Below are positions 34,864 through 47,587 of a stretch of DNA of 56,835 nt, one piece after another (position 1 is the first letter of the stretch; the number at the start of each line of letters is the position of its first letter). Below the pieces are notes generated by a model. The model did not search any database, was not told the origin of the DNA, and was given only the letters and a program-made list of their open reading frames with translations. The stretch comes from Chlorokybus atmophyticus (lineage: Eukaryota > Plantae > Mesostigma and Chlorokybus algae): the NCBI GenBank assembly GCA_009103225.1, contig RHPI01002836.1, positions 301,515 to 358,349 on the forward strand, in the 5' to 3' direction. Both the position numbers and the translations under genes were made by a program.

Positions 34864-36187
34864 CTATGCTGGTAGCCCGGGAGGTGGGCTGGATGTAGGC
34901 ATACTCGAGAAGGATAAGCCCTCTTCGACGGTTAACATGACAGCATGTGTATAAGTTGCAGGCTGCGCGGCGGTGTTCGCCTCTTTGGCAGCACCTGGCC
35001 TGGCTGGTCTCCTCTCCGGGTGTTTTCCCAAACAGCCTTGCTCGGTGTGCCCCCTCTTCCCACAGTGTTGACATTCCACCTTGCCTTCCTTCAATTATGG
35101 ACACTCTTCTCTTCTCTTCGGTGTCCACCAGAGCCGCAACAGAAACAACTTGTTGGGGTTTTGAAGGCAGGTGATGGTTCCTTCTGTGGCTCTGAAGCAT
35201 GAGCTTGTTTCGCAAAGGGCTTCTTCCTGCTTTCTTCTTGTGGTTTGGCTTGGTTGCTGGTGGAGCTGGAGGCAGAGCTGGTCTTCATCACCAACTCTAT
35301 CTTCTTGCTCTCCCGCTTTTTCCTTTCAGCAACCTCCCCCAGGAAGTCGAAGTCCCACTCTTCCATCTCCTCATACTTCCGCTCCATCTCAGTACAGACT
35401 GCGAGCTGATGCTTGTAGGGCAGTTCTCGGAGGAACTGTCCACACACTTGCATCTCTGTATGCACTCGGTTGCCAGCGTCATCCCACAAGGTGCGCAACC
35501 TGTAGTGCATCTTGCCGGTGCTCTCACCAGCCTTCCTCTGAAATTGCTGCAAGTCCTCATAGGTGCATGCAGTGTCTCGCCGGTACTTCTTTTCAAGTCT
35601 TTTCAAGAAGTCCGTTGTAGGCTTCCTCAGAGCCCATACCCTCTCCAGGTTCTCCTGTGCCTCTTTCTGAGCCTGCAAAAACATTGCCTTGGCCTGCCTG
35701 GTTGCTGCCCGAATTTGCTCTTGGTTAGGGTCCTTCACGCCAGACAAGTCAGGTAAGAATGCTTCCTCGCTGACTTTATATCTCGGTTCCATGCTCAGCT
35801 TCTCCTTCTCAAGTTCGTCCTTGAACATCTGGTAGTCTTTGTAAGGCCTGCTGTCTAGGAACTGAGGAAGCTGAATGAACTGTTCTTGTTTTGTCAACGG
35901 GTTTCCCCTCCTCCCTTGCTTCTGCATCTCGGCGATGAAGGAGTCCCTCCATCGGTCAAACTCGTGGCCTTGGCACTAGCCATTGAAGGCCTTCAAGGAT
36001 GACATTGTGATATCCATATTGAGCATATTGTCTTCCTCTGGTTCACTGCCGGATGGTGCGACTTGAGGGTGGGTTCCTCAGCTTCTCTCTGCTGCCACGC
36101 ACTACTCTTGCGCTTCCTCGGCTTCCTGGTTGGCGGCTCCAGCCAATCAGAGTCGATGCTGGCCTTGCTTTGAGACCGCAACAACAT
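34864..36187 (-). pseudogene. Gag-like retroelement remnant with two zinc knuckles
   Basis: ORFs 35091-35927 and 34864-35094; CFCCGSGGH and CQHCGKRGHTEQGC; LQQFQRKAGES-type capsid segment. Confidence 0.7.
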
Positions 36188-36808
36188 TCACACCTGCTCA
36201 CTCCTGTATAGACTAGGGCAAGCCGAGATAACAACAACCAGCATATATGCCACTGTGCAGTTGGTAATGCAACTGAATCTTGCCCAGCATAGCTCGCTTC
36301 CCTACTGTCAAGCTGACAGGGGAGTAGACTTGTGGGCAAAGATGATACAAGGCACAGTGGCTGTTCTACTGATAGTTGCTAGAACTCAATGCGCATGGAG
36401 CTTTATCATGCAAGCATGCACATACACAATACGGTGAGCCCGTGAATGCAAAGAGCAGATCACTCGGAGTTGGTGCTAAGTCGCTTTCGATGCTCACTAC
36501 ATGCAGTGCAACAACGACACTGTGTGTGTATGCAAACAGTACCGTACAAGTTGTAGTGTGCAGGGAGTGGGTGAATCCCCGGTAGTATGGGTATGCTGAG
36601 CGGTTGCAGAGCTTGCGGCAGTGATAGCAATCTCCTCGAAGGCATGCACTATCGCCTCAACACCAACACACTCGTACAGCAATCACAACACTTAAGCAAG
36701 AAAGTATATAACAATGGTTACTCAGGAAGGTCTCTCCTCAAGAAAGGCTAGAAAGGAAAGAGTTTAAACGAAAGACTACGCCGAAAGGAAAGGACTTGCA
36801 TTACCAAC

Positions 36809-37021
36809 TGACTAGTTGAGAATGCTAGCAAGGTACTTCTACTACTGTTAGGTCACGGCAATTGTAACTGCCGTAACTGTTCGTCTTTCAGTGTCTGATC
36901 CGTCGGTTCGCGCGGGAAACTCTCGAGTCTTTAGAGCCGTCGATGATGACCGCGACTAATCTCGACGTGAATCCGGTTCGAAGACTGTTCTCTCATAGCT
37001 GAGGTGGCAGTCTTTAAGACA
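36809..37021 (-). repeat. Possible short LTR of the Gag-like element
   Basis: TG...CA bounded, followed by GT-TGG; no partner copy. Confidence 0.3.
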
Positions 37022-37046
37022 ACACTCGCCTTAACTTGCATGCACA

Positions 37047-37990
37047 GTGTTGCATGTGGGCGTCGTTGTTGTAGACAGCCTTGTTTACGGCGTCAACGGT
37101 GGGTGTGTTTCTGCAAGCTCTCACTCAGACACACTGGTGAGAACGTCACAGCGGCAGCGCAGGGCTGCTGAGGAGGCGCGTCGGCAAGCGCAAGTTGCCC
37201 AGTGGCGCCAGGAAGATCGGGAGAAGAAAAAAGCGAAAGAGGCGAAGGAGGCGGCCATTGCCGCCTGGGAGGCTAAAGAAGTTGGTCTCCCTGTGTCGTT
37301 AGCTAGGCATTACATTTGGCCTAGGGTAGGTGGGACCTCTGCTAGTAGAGGTCTTGTAGTTGATGAGGTGGACGTGCACCTTGCAAGCGTGGGTGGCCCT
37401 GCCGACACCTTCCTTGCACACGAGCTCACACGTCATGCGAACCAGCCGACGCGCTGGTTTGCGCGGGAGTCCGACTATGGCACATGTTATCCGACGCGCT
37501 GGACTCCTCTTTATAAAGGGAGGAAGCTTGTCCAGATCCACTGCCCAATGACGTATGTGCTAGCGTGGTGTTGCTCTAACTGCGTGAAGTTGTACATGCT
37601 GCATGATGTGAATAACGAGTGTAATCACAGGTTCTTCAGGGACAAGCCCACCGTCCTTCATAACCCTGTGATATGGCTGGGGGGCGCTGACCGTCGTTGG
37701 GGTCGACCGTGCACAATAATGTTCCCCGACTGTTCACCACCATGTGCACCATGGCCAAACGCACCTACCGCGTGACCACTTCAGAAGCTGCTAGCCTCCC
37801 TAGGCGGTGCCCCAGGTGCGGACGCTACAGGTGCGTGAGGCGCTGCCTTGCCCTCCAGGAAGCAGACATTGCCCGGACATGTGGCCCTTGGGCAGAGCCA
37901 GAGCCCCGCGTGCTGGAGCGCTTTATTCCGCAGGAAGAGGTGCAGGTGTTGGCAGACAGGGGCCACTACACAATGCGTGTAGTGAAGTAG
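37047..37990 (+). pseudogene. Unidentified coding-like region (charged helix followed by a Cys/Trp-rich part)
   Basis: 242-aa ORF continuing in a shifted frame to 37990. Confidence 0.4.
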
Positions 37991-38146
37991 CAGCAGTTGT
38001 ACATATGTGTATATGTATAGAGTAGCCTTCTGTTGGTGCATGGGTGTAAGACTGTATGTGTCGAGTGCTTACAGCAGCGAGTACTCATGGCACGACAGGA
38101 GGCGGTATGTTGTTGGGTCCAAGTCAGGGGGCAGAAGTAAAGAGCG

Positions 38147-38743
38147 NNNNNNNNNNNNNNNNNNNNNNNNNNNNNNNNNNNNNNNNNNNNNNNNNNNNNN
38201 NNNNNNNNNNNNNNNNNNNNNNNNNNNNNNNNNNNNNNNNNNNNNNNNNNNNNNNNNNNNNNNNNNNNNNNNNNNNNNNNNNNNNNNNNNNNNNNNNNNN
38301 NNNNNNNNNNNNNNNNNNNNNNNNNNNNNNNNNNNNNNNNNNNNNNNNNNNNNNNNNNNNNNNNNNNNNNNNNNNNNNNNNNNNNNNNNNNNNNNNNNNN
38401 NNNNNNNNNNNNNNNNNNNNNNNNNNNNNNNNNNNNNNNNNNNNNNNNNNNNNNNNNNNNNNNNNNNNNNNNNNNNNNNNNNNNNNNNNNNNNNNNNNNN
38501 NNNNNNNNNNNNNNNNNNNNNNNNNNNNNNNNNNNNNNNNNNNNNNNNNNNNNNNNNNNNNNNNNNNNNNNNNNNNNNNNNNNNNNNNNNNNNNNNNNNN
38601 NNNNNNNNNNNNNNNNNNNNNNNNNNNNNNNNNNNNNNNNNNNNNNNNNNNNNNNNNNNNNNNNNNNNNNNNNNNNNNNNNNNNNNNNNNNNNNNNNNNN
38701 NNNNNNNNNNNNNNNNNNNNNNNNNNNNNNNNNNNNNNNNNNN
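38147..38743. other. Assembly gap (N run)
   Basis: 597 N. Confidence 1.
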
Positions 38744-39825
38744 GGGGGGGGGGGTGGGGGGGGTAATGGTACATAGCAATGGCACTTGCTAAGTCAACCT
38801 CAATCAGCACAACAAAGGTCGTGCCCCGCAGTCCTCCCTTTCTAGGGGTAACTCATCAATGGTCTCACAATGATTGTCAGTAGGGTGTGCGTACCAGCTC
38901 ACTGCCACATAACGATGATAAATATATGATGCATTGCTGTCACAAACATCCATGCCCGGGCTACTACAACCACGGTTTTTTATGCTTTGACCTTGCTAAT
39001 ACAGGTGTCCGAGGCGGAGTATGTTGCGCTAAATATGGTATAGCGAGTGATGTATGAATGTGTCGTATAAGCGTAACAAAACACTATTACCATACATTTT
39101 ATGATGGAGTGGTTAGACTACAAGAAGCAACAGGTGATAAAAGTTCAAGATGTGTTTTGTGGTCATTGTGGCGTTAGTAAATCGTCCCCACTTCTATTGA
39201 CATTTCCCTCATTTCAGCATCATATTGGGATATTATAGTATATATATTATGATTTCAATACGGTACGCGACCTAGGGTATTATCACTAGGTAGCAATGAA
39301 ACCATTTGTTGTACTCAATGGTGTGCGGTTTCCTTGCGCAACGCATCGGTCATCCGACTGTCATTGCTGTTGTTGGGCAAGTTGTCTACTGTCAGCGGAC
39401 ACATGCGCGCGACTCTATGTATTCTTGGAACAGAAACAACAACATACGACACTCTCAATTTTCCCCTTGGCTGGATGGGTTGTTATCACCTCTCAATCTC
39501 AAGTCTCAATGACCATAACAAATCATGACTGTAGCAAACCACTGAGGCACATAAGCACGAACTGTATTGTGCGGTTGTTATGATGATATCTGTTTGTCTT
39601 CTGGTAAACACTTGTGCACACATTGAGAAGCGCAAATCCATCGCATTGGCACAAATACGGAGGCAGCATGTTGAGCACGCGATTGCGGTACATGCTAAAA
39701 CGCACACATATGTAAAGTGGTCATTGTCAAGCACAATTACCAAACATCAAACACTCGTGTATAATATGATGTACAAGCTTGGCTAGTGCAGCAAGTCAAG
39801 CGCGTGCACTGTCTCCGTACATCTA

Positions 39826-41090
39826 CTACTCGAAAACATCAACATAGTGAGCGCCAGCGTTGGGCAACTGCACAAATACCGGAGTCACCACTCGCTGCCG
39901 ATCCTTGATCTGTGCCATCCGTGCCAAAACTGATGGCAGCTGTATGTCATGCATGCACGCCTGAACATACGGGTCGCGCTCTACATCCACAATGCGGTAC
40001 AGCGCGCGAGAATTAAGCTCAGAGGTGGGCGAAGCAACTAGTAAGCTCTCAAATCGCTTACCCCCCGCCTGCGCAACATACGCCACCACGTCGGACATCA
40101 ATGTCTCCATGGTCATGCCTCCAACTGCGCTCGACACCCATTGTGGGAGTGGCAGGTGGTCATGCGCATTGGCTACAAATACGAATCGCCGCAAAGCGCG
40201 ATGATCCCAGCAGAATAGTAATGCCGGGTCAGACTCGTCCACGCATGACAGATACTGCAACAACTGATATCACACAAACAAACCCTTAGCTTATATATAT
40301 AGATATATATGTCATACGCTTATGTGTCTATAAGCAAAGCGCACCTGAGGCACTAGGTGCCGATCCTCTGGAGCAACGACGTCCACAAGCAGAGCGACCT
40401 CTTCAGTGATCATGCTTGGTAGCGGTCACCGATGCCTGCCTGAGCAATACAGTACCAATGTTGCTTGTCACTCAACTTGTTGAAGCATTATTAAATCTTC
40501 AACAAGCTTACCGTGCGCCGCCACTACACACCACAGCCTGAACGAAGACCAGAAAGATGTTTGCATGCATGTGACGAATTTGGATGTTTAGTACTGCTGC
40601 ATATGGTCCTGGACACTAGTGTTGATGCTACGCAGGTGCATGTGTTTTTTACCACTTGTCAACTCGCGCCCAGTCAGATGACGAACGCAACGACCGTTGT
40701 TGCACAACTTGAACAAGAAGCACTCGCTCAGCACTTGACGGTGAAAAGTACTGTGCACAAGCACAAGTCTATTGCATGCAGTCATTGGTTTGCGGCTCAC
40801 CTTGGCGCGTGTCAGCGGCGTGGAGTTTGTCTGTGAGGGCTTCCAGGCAGTCTTTGCGGCAGGCAGGCAGTTCCACACGTGGGCGCCCTATGTGGCGAGG
40901 TACATTGCAGTGACGGCGTCGATGCCGCTACTGGCGCCAGCCACCAGAAACGCCTTGCCCTCAAACCTGTCAGGTACATGACATGACTAGTCAGTTCGGC
41001 CATGGCTATGAACTCGGTTGATGGCCAATTCATGTTGTGTGCAACGTAACAACTCCAAGATACCCACACAGTTGACTCATTGGACAAAGA
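39826..41090 (-). pseudogene. Unidentified spliced, disrupted gene
   Basis: Exon ...DRHLVPQ|GT intron AG|LLQYLSCVDESD... in phase; further upstream exons with stops. Confidence 0.45.
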
Positions 41091-41676
41091 CTAGGTGGCG
41101 CTTGACCATGAGTGGCTTGCAGTAACAATCAGGTGTGCAACGGAGGAATGCAACTGTGACATGGGTGATGTTCATGCACGAGAAGGCTGTGATCTATTGT
41201 GCAGTATGACTGTTGGCGGTCTTTGCGTGATCATGCAAGCATGATGCAGAATTTCGCATGCAACGGAGGCAAGCTGACAGACTGTGAGCTGACACGTACA
41301 CAAGCAGGCACGTAAAGAAGCGGGGGGAAGAAGGAGGCAAGAAAGCAATGCCAGCAGACCAAACAAGCATCAACTTGCCAACAAGGAGAAGCTTGTTGGC
41401 AAGTCAATCCAGCATCTTGCCATCGGTGTTACTTAACAAGCATTGGTTCATCAAACCAAGCAAAGCAAGCCTCGAAGTAACCAAACCGGCAAGCGAACAG
41501 CTGAGAAATCAATGCAGACATACCGCAATCAAGCACAGCTGGGTTGCTTGCTTGACTTCCTGCCAATTCTTGTTGGTACCCACTCTTTCATAAACAGCGG
41601 GCGTGCATGTGAACATACGTACGCGCGCAGGCAGGCACGGTCACGGTCACGGTCACGGGCACACGCACGCACGCAC

Positions 41677-41678
<2 letters not shown>

Positions 41679-41713
<35 letters not shown>

Positions 41714-41714
41714 N

Positions 41715-41790
<76 letters not shown>
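41679..41790. repeat. (GA)n microsatellite
   Basis: Directly visible; contains one N. Confidence 0.95.
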
Positions 41791-41793
<3 letters not shown>

Positions 41794-42945
41794 ACCGAAC
41801 CTGCAGCTGCCCAGGCTGACGTTGTTTGGCAGGTCAAGGCAAGCACCGCAACCGGCCGGAGGCAGAAGCAAGCAACGGCGTCGACAAGGCAACGCAAGCA
41901 GCCGCACCACCACGCTTCTCTGTCCAGCTGGGGAGGGGGCACAACAGACCACTTACTTACTTCCGCCTTCCCCGCCGCCGCAGACGAGGCTGCAGACTTT
42001 GTTCCGAACGAAGTCCCGAGGATGCGTGACTCAGCGTGTCAGAACCTCCCTTGCTTTGCTGACTGCATTCTCGTCCAACTTGCGTCCTGGAGCGTATGCA
42101 TGCCGCCGCCAAGCCGGCGGCGGCGCACGACGGCAGGAACGGGAGGCGTACGGCGACGGAGGAGTTCCGCTGCCTGGAGCAGAGTGAAGAGTCGCAAGGT
42201 GCCAAGCAGCCTTTGCAGGCGCATAAGTGGCGTCGCAAAGGCGCTACGTTTGGAATGTTGGCATGGTCTCGCTTGCATGCTCCGCAAGCGTGCACTTGCG
42301 AGAGGAACTGCGTTTCCGAGCTTCATCAGCACTGCCCATGAGGGCTGGATGACAATAACACAACGCACTCTGATTGAGGTGGTGGTGTCGTGTTGCTTTG
42401 GTGCACTGGCATGCCCATATGCGCGATTGATGCTCAGACGAACTCTGCGTGCCGTGCATGTCTGGCACATTGTGCGACTGGTTGTCTTGTACATGCCGGT
42501 CGTATGCCTGCTGCTGCATCACCGCATCGCACGCGTATTGAGAGTGGCCATCGCTCTTCAGGGTGCCGCAAGCATATGGTTGGTTCACACATCTAACAGC
42601 TATGTGCGGTGGTGATGTTGGGTATGGGAGATGCGCATGCAACACTCGTCTCGGGGCGCTGCCGCTGATTGCAAGCAAAGGTGATGTAGAAGTTACTTTC
42701 GGGATGTGACGATCTTCAGAGCAGCGCCACCGCTGAGTCACTCGTTGCAACGACGCATGGGATGAATTTCCCAGTAAAGGGTGTGGTTTTGGCTATTTGA
42801 TCTGCGCTTGCACTAGCATGTTATTCGCCAGTTGCGGTCAATGCGAGGGAAGACAAGCAGCATGCACGCGATGCTGGGAGTGACAGAGATCAGCTTGCCT
42901 CATTGATCTCGTGATCCATGCAAGTTGCATATATGATAAGTTCAG

Positions 42946-45900
42946 TCACTTGGCCAAAATTGGTGCATGTCATGAAGTTGACTGAGCTTCAGGCGTAGCC
43001 ATCACCACTGCTTATGATTGGTTGACAATTGCCACATATGTCACAGTGGTAATGTATACGAACCATGGTGTGCATTGGTTTATTCTTGTATGAGCAGCTG
43101 CAGCTTCGACAACACTCTGTGACGCAGTGTACCACTTATGGTATGTTGTGTAGCACATCTCCCATTAACGCAAGGCTGGCGCTAATGGGAGATTGAGACA
43201 GATCCCATTTACTGCCCAACTTGTGCAGTGCACCTTGGCTTGCAAACATCCCAGCAACGGTTTCAACTACATATATAATGCCAATCAAAGAGCATGCAAG
43301 ACACGGCAATCTATTGTCGTATCGTCCTTCTGGCCACCAATTGGTCGGTCATTCACTCAGTCTTACGTTCGTATATGATGTATGTATTGTTGATGAGTAG
43401 TGGTTGTGGTGGTATTGTATGTATTCATGAATAGTAGCGGTGGTAGCACATGCCAAGAATCGAGGTGCACAGCCATATCTTTTTACTAGAGCCTAAGAAA
43501 ATTACATGAAATAAGAGAAAACAATGCAAGGGTGCAATGTCCTACCATCGGCTGCATAACTTATTGTTAGCAATGCTGCGTATGCGTGCAACCACCTCTA
43601 GTGCGGTTAAAACCTGCTCTGCCTCTCTCAAGGTTGGGGTTGCTTCTTAATGGCGGCCGTGCTTTGCTGCATTCACCATTGGAGGCATAGTGTAAACAAC
43701 CATGGTTGCTTGTAATCACATGGCAGTTGGTAAAGCACTTAGTTTGCGTGCGACGGTCATAAAATTGCTGCTTGCCTTTACTAATGTTGCAGTGCATCAA
43801 TGGCATTGAGGCTATGTAGCCCGTCTGGTCGCGGTGGTTTTACATGTTGCTGTTGCACAACACATGGTGATTACACACATGCACTCGCACACAGGGTTGC
43901 ACACACATATTGCGCAAAGCGTATATGCATTGTTCAGGCATTTGCGTATACAATTGCACGAAAGTGATGTCAAATGTTGTCATTGTATGTTTGCACCTAC
44001 ACTGGCCGCAGCCGCTAAGCAGGCCACGTGCACAATTGTATACCATTAGCAGTAGCATGCACAACAGTCAATCTGCATTGATAGACGCGCAGTGCATACT
44101 CCAAGTCGTGCATAAACCAACAACTTATGCCATGCATCAAGCTGTAGTGCAGCCGGCTGGCCGTCGTTAATATGGCTATCCGTTCCCTTCAATAGCTTTA
44201 TGGTTAGTGCGCAATTGTGCATGCACATTAAGAAGTCAGCGCTTACATGACAGAGCTGTTCAAAAAGCCTTGAAGGATGAGTGACACGCATGCAGGAATT
44301 GTAGAGTCTCAGCTTGACATTCGTGATGTGAGTGGCGTTGGCATAGCTTGCACTGAACGTGTTTTTCAACCATTAACACGTGTGACATGTAATGGGACAC
44401 ATCTTCAATACTCTTAACTTCATGTAGTTACATATTATAGCTTATAAGAACGCACATTGACATGCGTTCTGCATGTGATGCATGCAGGGCCGAGCGCAGT
44501 GTTGTGGCCTGCGTGCACTACCCTCTCATGTCACGTTTGCCCCTCACTTACCGTAAGTGAGGGCCTGCTGATGAGGGTCTCAAAATTCTGCACAAACACA
44601 TAAACTTTACAAACACATCCTGCCGTAGTCCCCTGCTACCAGCAACACGCCACAAGGGAGTAGATGGGGAGAGCCCCTTCAACAGCTTTGGGACAGGCAG
44701 CTTTGGAACAGGCATCACTTGGCCAAAATTGGTGCATGTCATGAAGTTGACTGAGCTTCAGGCGTAGCCATCACCACTGCTTATGATTGGTTGACAATTG
44801 CCACATATGTCACAGTGGTAATGTATACGAACCATGGTGTGCATTGGTTTATTCTTGTATGAGCAGCTGCAGCTTCGACAACACTCTGTGACGCAGTGTA
44901 CCACTTATGGTATGTTGTGTAGCACATCTCCCATTAACGCAAGGCTGGCGCTAATGGGAGATTGAGACAGATCCCATTTACTGCCCAACTTGTGCAGTGC
45001 ACCTTGGCTTGCAAACATCCCAGCAACGGTTTCAACTACATATATAATGCCAATCAAAGAGCATGCAAGACACGGCAATCTATTGTCGTATCGTCCTTCT
45101 GGCCACCAATTGGTCGGTCATTCACTCAGTCTTACGTTCGTATATGATGTATGTATTGTTGATGAGTAGTGGTTGTGGTGGTATTGTATGTATTCATGAA
45201 TAGTAGCGGTGGTAGCACATGCCAAGAATCGAGGTGCACAGCCATATCTTTTTACTAGAGCCTAAGAAAATTACATGAAATAAGAGAAAACAATGCAAGG
45301 GTGCAATGTCCTACCATCGGCTGCATAACTTATTGTTAGCAATGCTGCGTATGCGTGCAACCACCTCTAGTGCGGTTAAAACCTGCTCTGCCTCTCTCAA
45401 GGTTGGGGTTGCTTCTTAATGGCGGCCGTGCTTTGCTGCATTCACCATTGGAGGCATAGTGTAAACAACCATGGTTGCTTGTAATCACATGGCAGTTGGT
45501 AAAGCACTTAGTTTGCGTGCGACGGTCATAAAATTGCTGCTTGCCTTTACTAATGTTGCAGTGCATCAATGGCATTGAGGCTATGTAGCCCGTCTGGTCG
45601 CGGTGGTTTTACATGTTGCTGTTGCACAACACATGGTGATTACACACATGCACTCGCACACAGGGTTGCACACACATATTGCGCAAAGCGTATATGCATT
45701 GTTCAGGCATTTGCGTATACAATTGCACGAAAGTGATGTCAAATGTTGTCATTGTATGTTTGCACCTACACTGGCCGCAGCCGCTAAGCAGGCCACGTGC
45801 ACAATTGTATACCATTAGCAGTAGCATGCACAACAGTCAATCTGCATTGATAGACGCGCAGTGCATACTCCAAGTCGTGCATAAACCAACAACTTATGCC

Positions 45901-46470
45901 ATGCATCAAGCTGTAGTGCAGCCGGCTGGCCGTCGTTAATATGGCTATCCGTTCCCTTCAATAGCTTTATGGTTAGTGCGCAATTGTGCATGCACATTAA
46001 GAAGTCAGCGCTTACATGACAGAGCTGTTCAAAAAGCCTTGAAGGATGAGTGACACGCATGCAGGAATTGTAGAGTCTCAGCTTGACATTCGTGATGTGA
46101 GTGGCGTTGGCATAGCTTGCACTGAACGTGTTTTTCAACCATTAACACGTGTGACATGTAATGGGACACATCTTCAATACTCTTAACTTCATGTAGTTAC
46201 ATATTATAGCTTATAAGAACGCACATTGACATGCGTTCTGCATGTGATGCATGCAGGGCCGAGCGCAGTGTTGTGGCCTGCGTGCACTACCCTCTCATGT
46301 CACGTTTGCCCCTCACTTACCGTAAGTGAGGGCCTGCTGGTGAGGGTCTCAAAATTCTGCACAAACACATAAACTTTACAAACACATCCTGCCGTAGTCC
46401 CCTGCTACCAGCAACACGCCACAAGGGAGTAGATGGGGAGAGCCCCTTCAACAGCTTTGGGACAGGCAGC
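42946..46470 (+). repeat. Tandem duplication, period 1769 bp
   Basis: 42946-44701 matches 44715-46470; the ORF track is duplicated with offset 1769; one substitution seen. Confidence 0.95.
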
Positions 46471-47329
46471 CTACACACAAGTAGCTCTTGCAAGGCCAGC
46501 AACTGATTGCCACCACAAGGTGCCACCTAGTAGTATAAAGGCATCACTACGGTAGTCATGCCTTTATACTACTTGCTGCTCTCCAACCTTGCACATAGGA
46601 TGTCCAAGGCCAACAAGGCCTTGCCAGCTATGCGCTGACCTGTAAGCACATATTGACCTCGTCCACTCTCGGACACATCAACATAAGCACCACTCTTATT
46701 GCCTTCGACTCGACGCTTGACACTGACTGGTCATGTACTGAGTGGTAGACATCGCCTCGTGTAGCTGCTAGGTCCTTATATACTGAGTGCATAGGAATTG
46801 GAGTTTTTATGCACTCAGATGCTCATGAGGTCAACCTCATGAGCACGTGCCAAGTGCTACACAAACCATGGCTATATGGAATCCTCACTTCGTCCTTCTC
46901 ACTTATCTCATAAGCAAGGAACTACTTACTTAAGCCAGCCCTTTTGGCGTGACAGGCCTCCCCACTTGCGTTGCAATTTCCACGCTGCAAGCACATCGAA
47001 CACAAGTCATGCACGACCGTCATTGAATTGCCAGCAAGGGTGGCAAGCCCCTGTCAACCATTGCACACTATGCGTAAAATACAATGCAAGTTGCGGGAGT
47101 TACAACTAATTCTATCACTAAGTAACACATGTTGGCCCAAGTTGGCAATGGCATGTCACCAAAGAGACAGTTGCTCGTGTTTGTGTTGCAATCAAGCACA
47201 AGCTCATAATAGTGTCACCTGTGGAGTTTAGCTCACTCTCAAACTCCTCCAACTTAGCAGCACAGTTTGTTAAATGCAATCTACTTGGACGGTCGATAGC
47301 CCAATGCTATCGGGGAGGTAGTCATCTCA

Positions 47330-47560
47330 GGTGCGCTTCTCGGCCTCCATGGCGTACTTCCCAAGGGCCTTCTTGATGGTTTGGACAGTGCACTCTGCCT
47401 CTTTTGGCAACACTTGTGGCTAGTACTCGGCGACGTTTACACCGAGTACTGCGAGCGAGTTCTATTGCGGGGGAATTGGCACTACGCAACGCAAAGGGGT
47501 GATTGTATTTCTACACAAGAAAGGCGAGGTCTCAGACCTTCCCAATTGGAGACCCATCAC
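47330..47560 (-). pseudogene. Degenerate Gypsy integrase fragment
   Basis: AECTVQTIKKALGKY resembles the integrase AER.VQT.K.AL motif. Confidence 0.45.
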
Positions 47561-47587
47561 CCTTCCCACGCATTATAAGATAGTTGC

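Noticed and set aside
41443-42615. 390-aa ORF with an (ER)n tract
   Set aside because: Largely a (GA)n microsatellite and low-complexity sequence with an N; no support for a real protein.
46529-46573. Polinton-like AGTAGT...ACTACT termini or a collapsed CACTA
   Set aside because: No TSD and no associated coding sequence; kept only as a hairpin.
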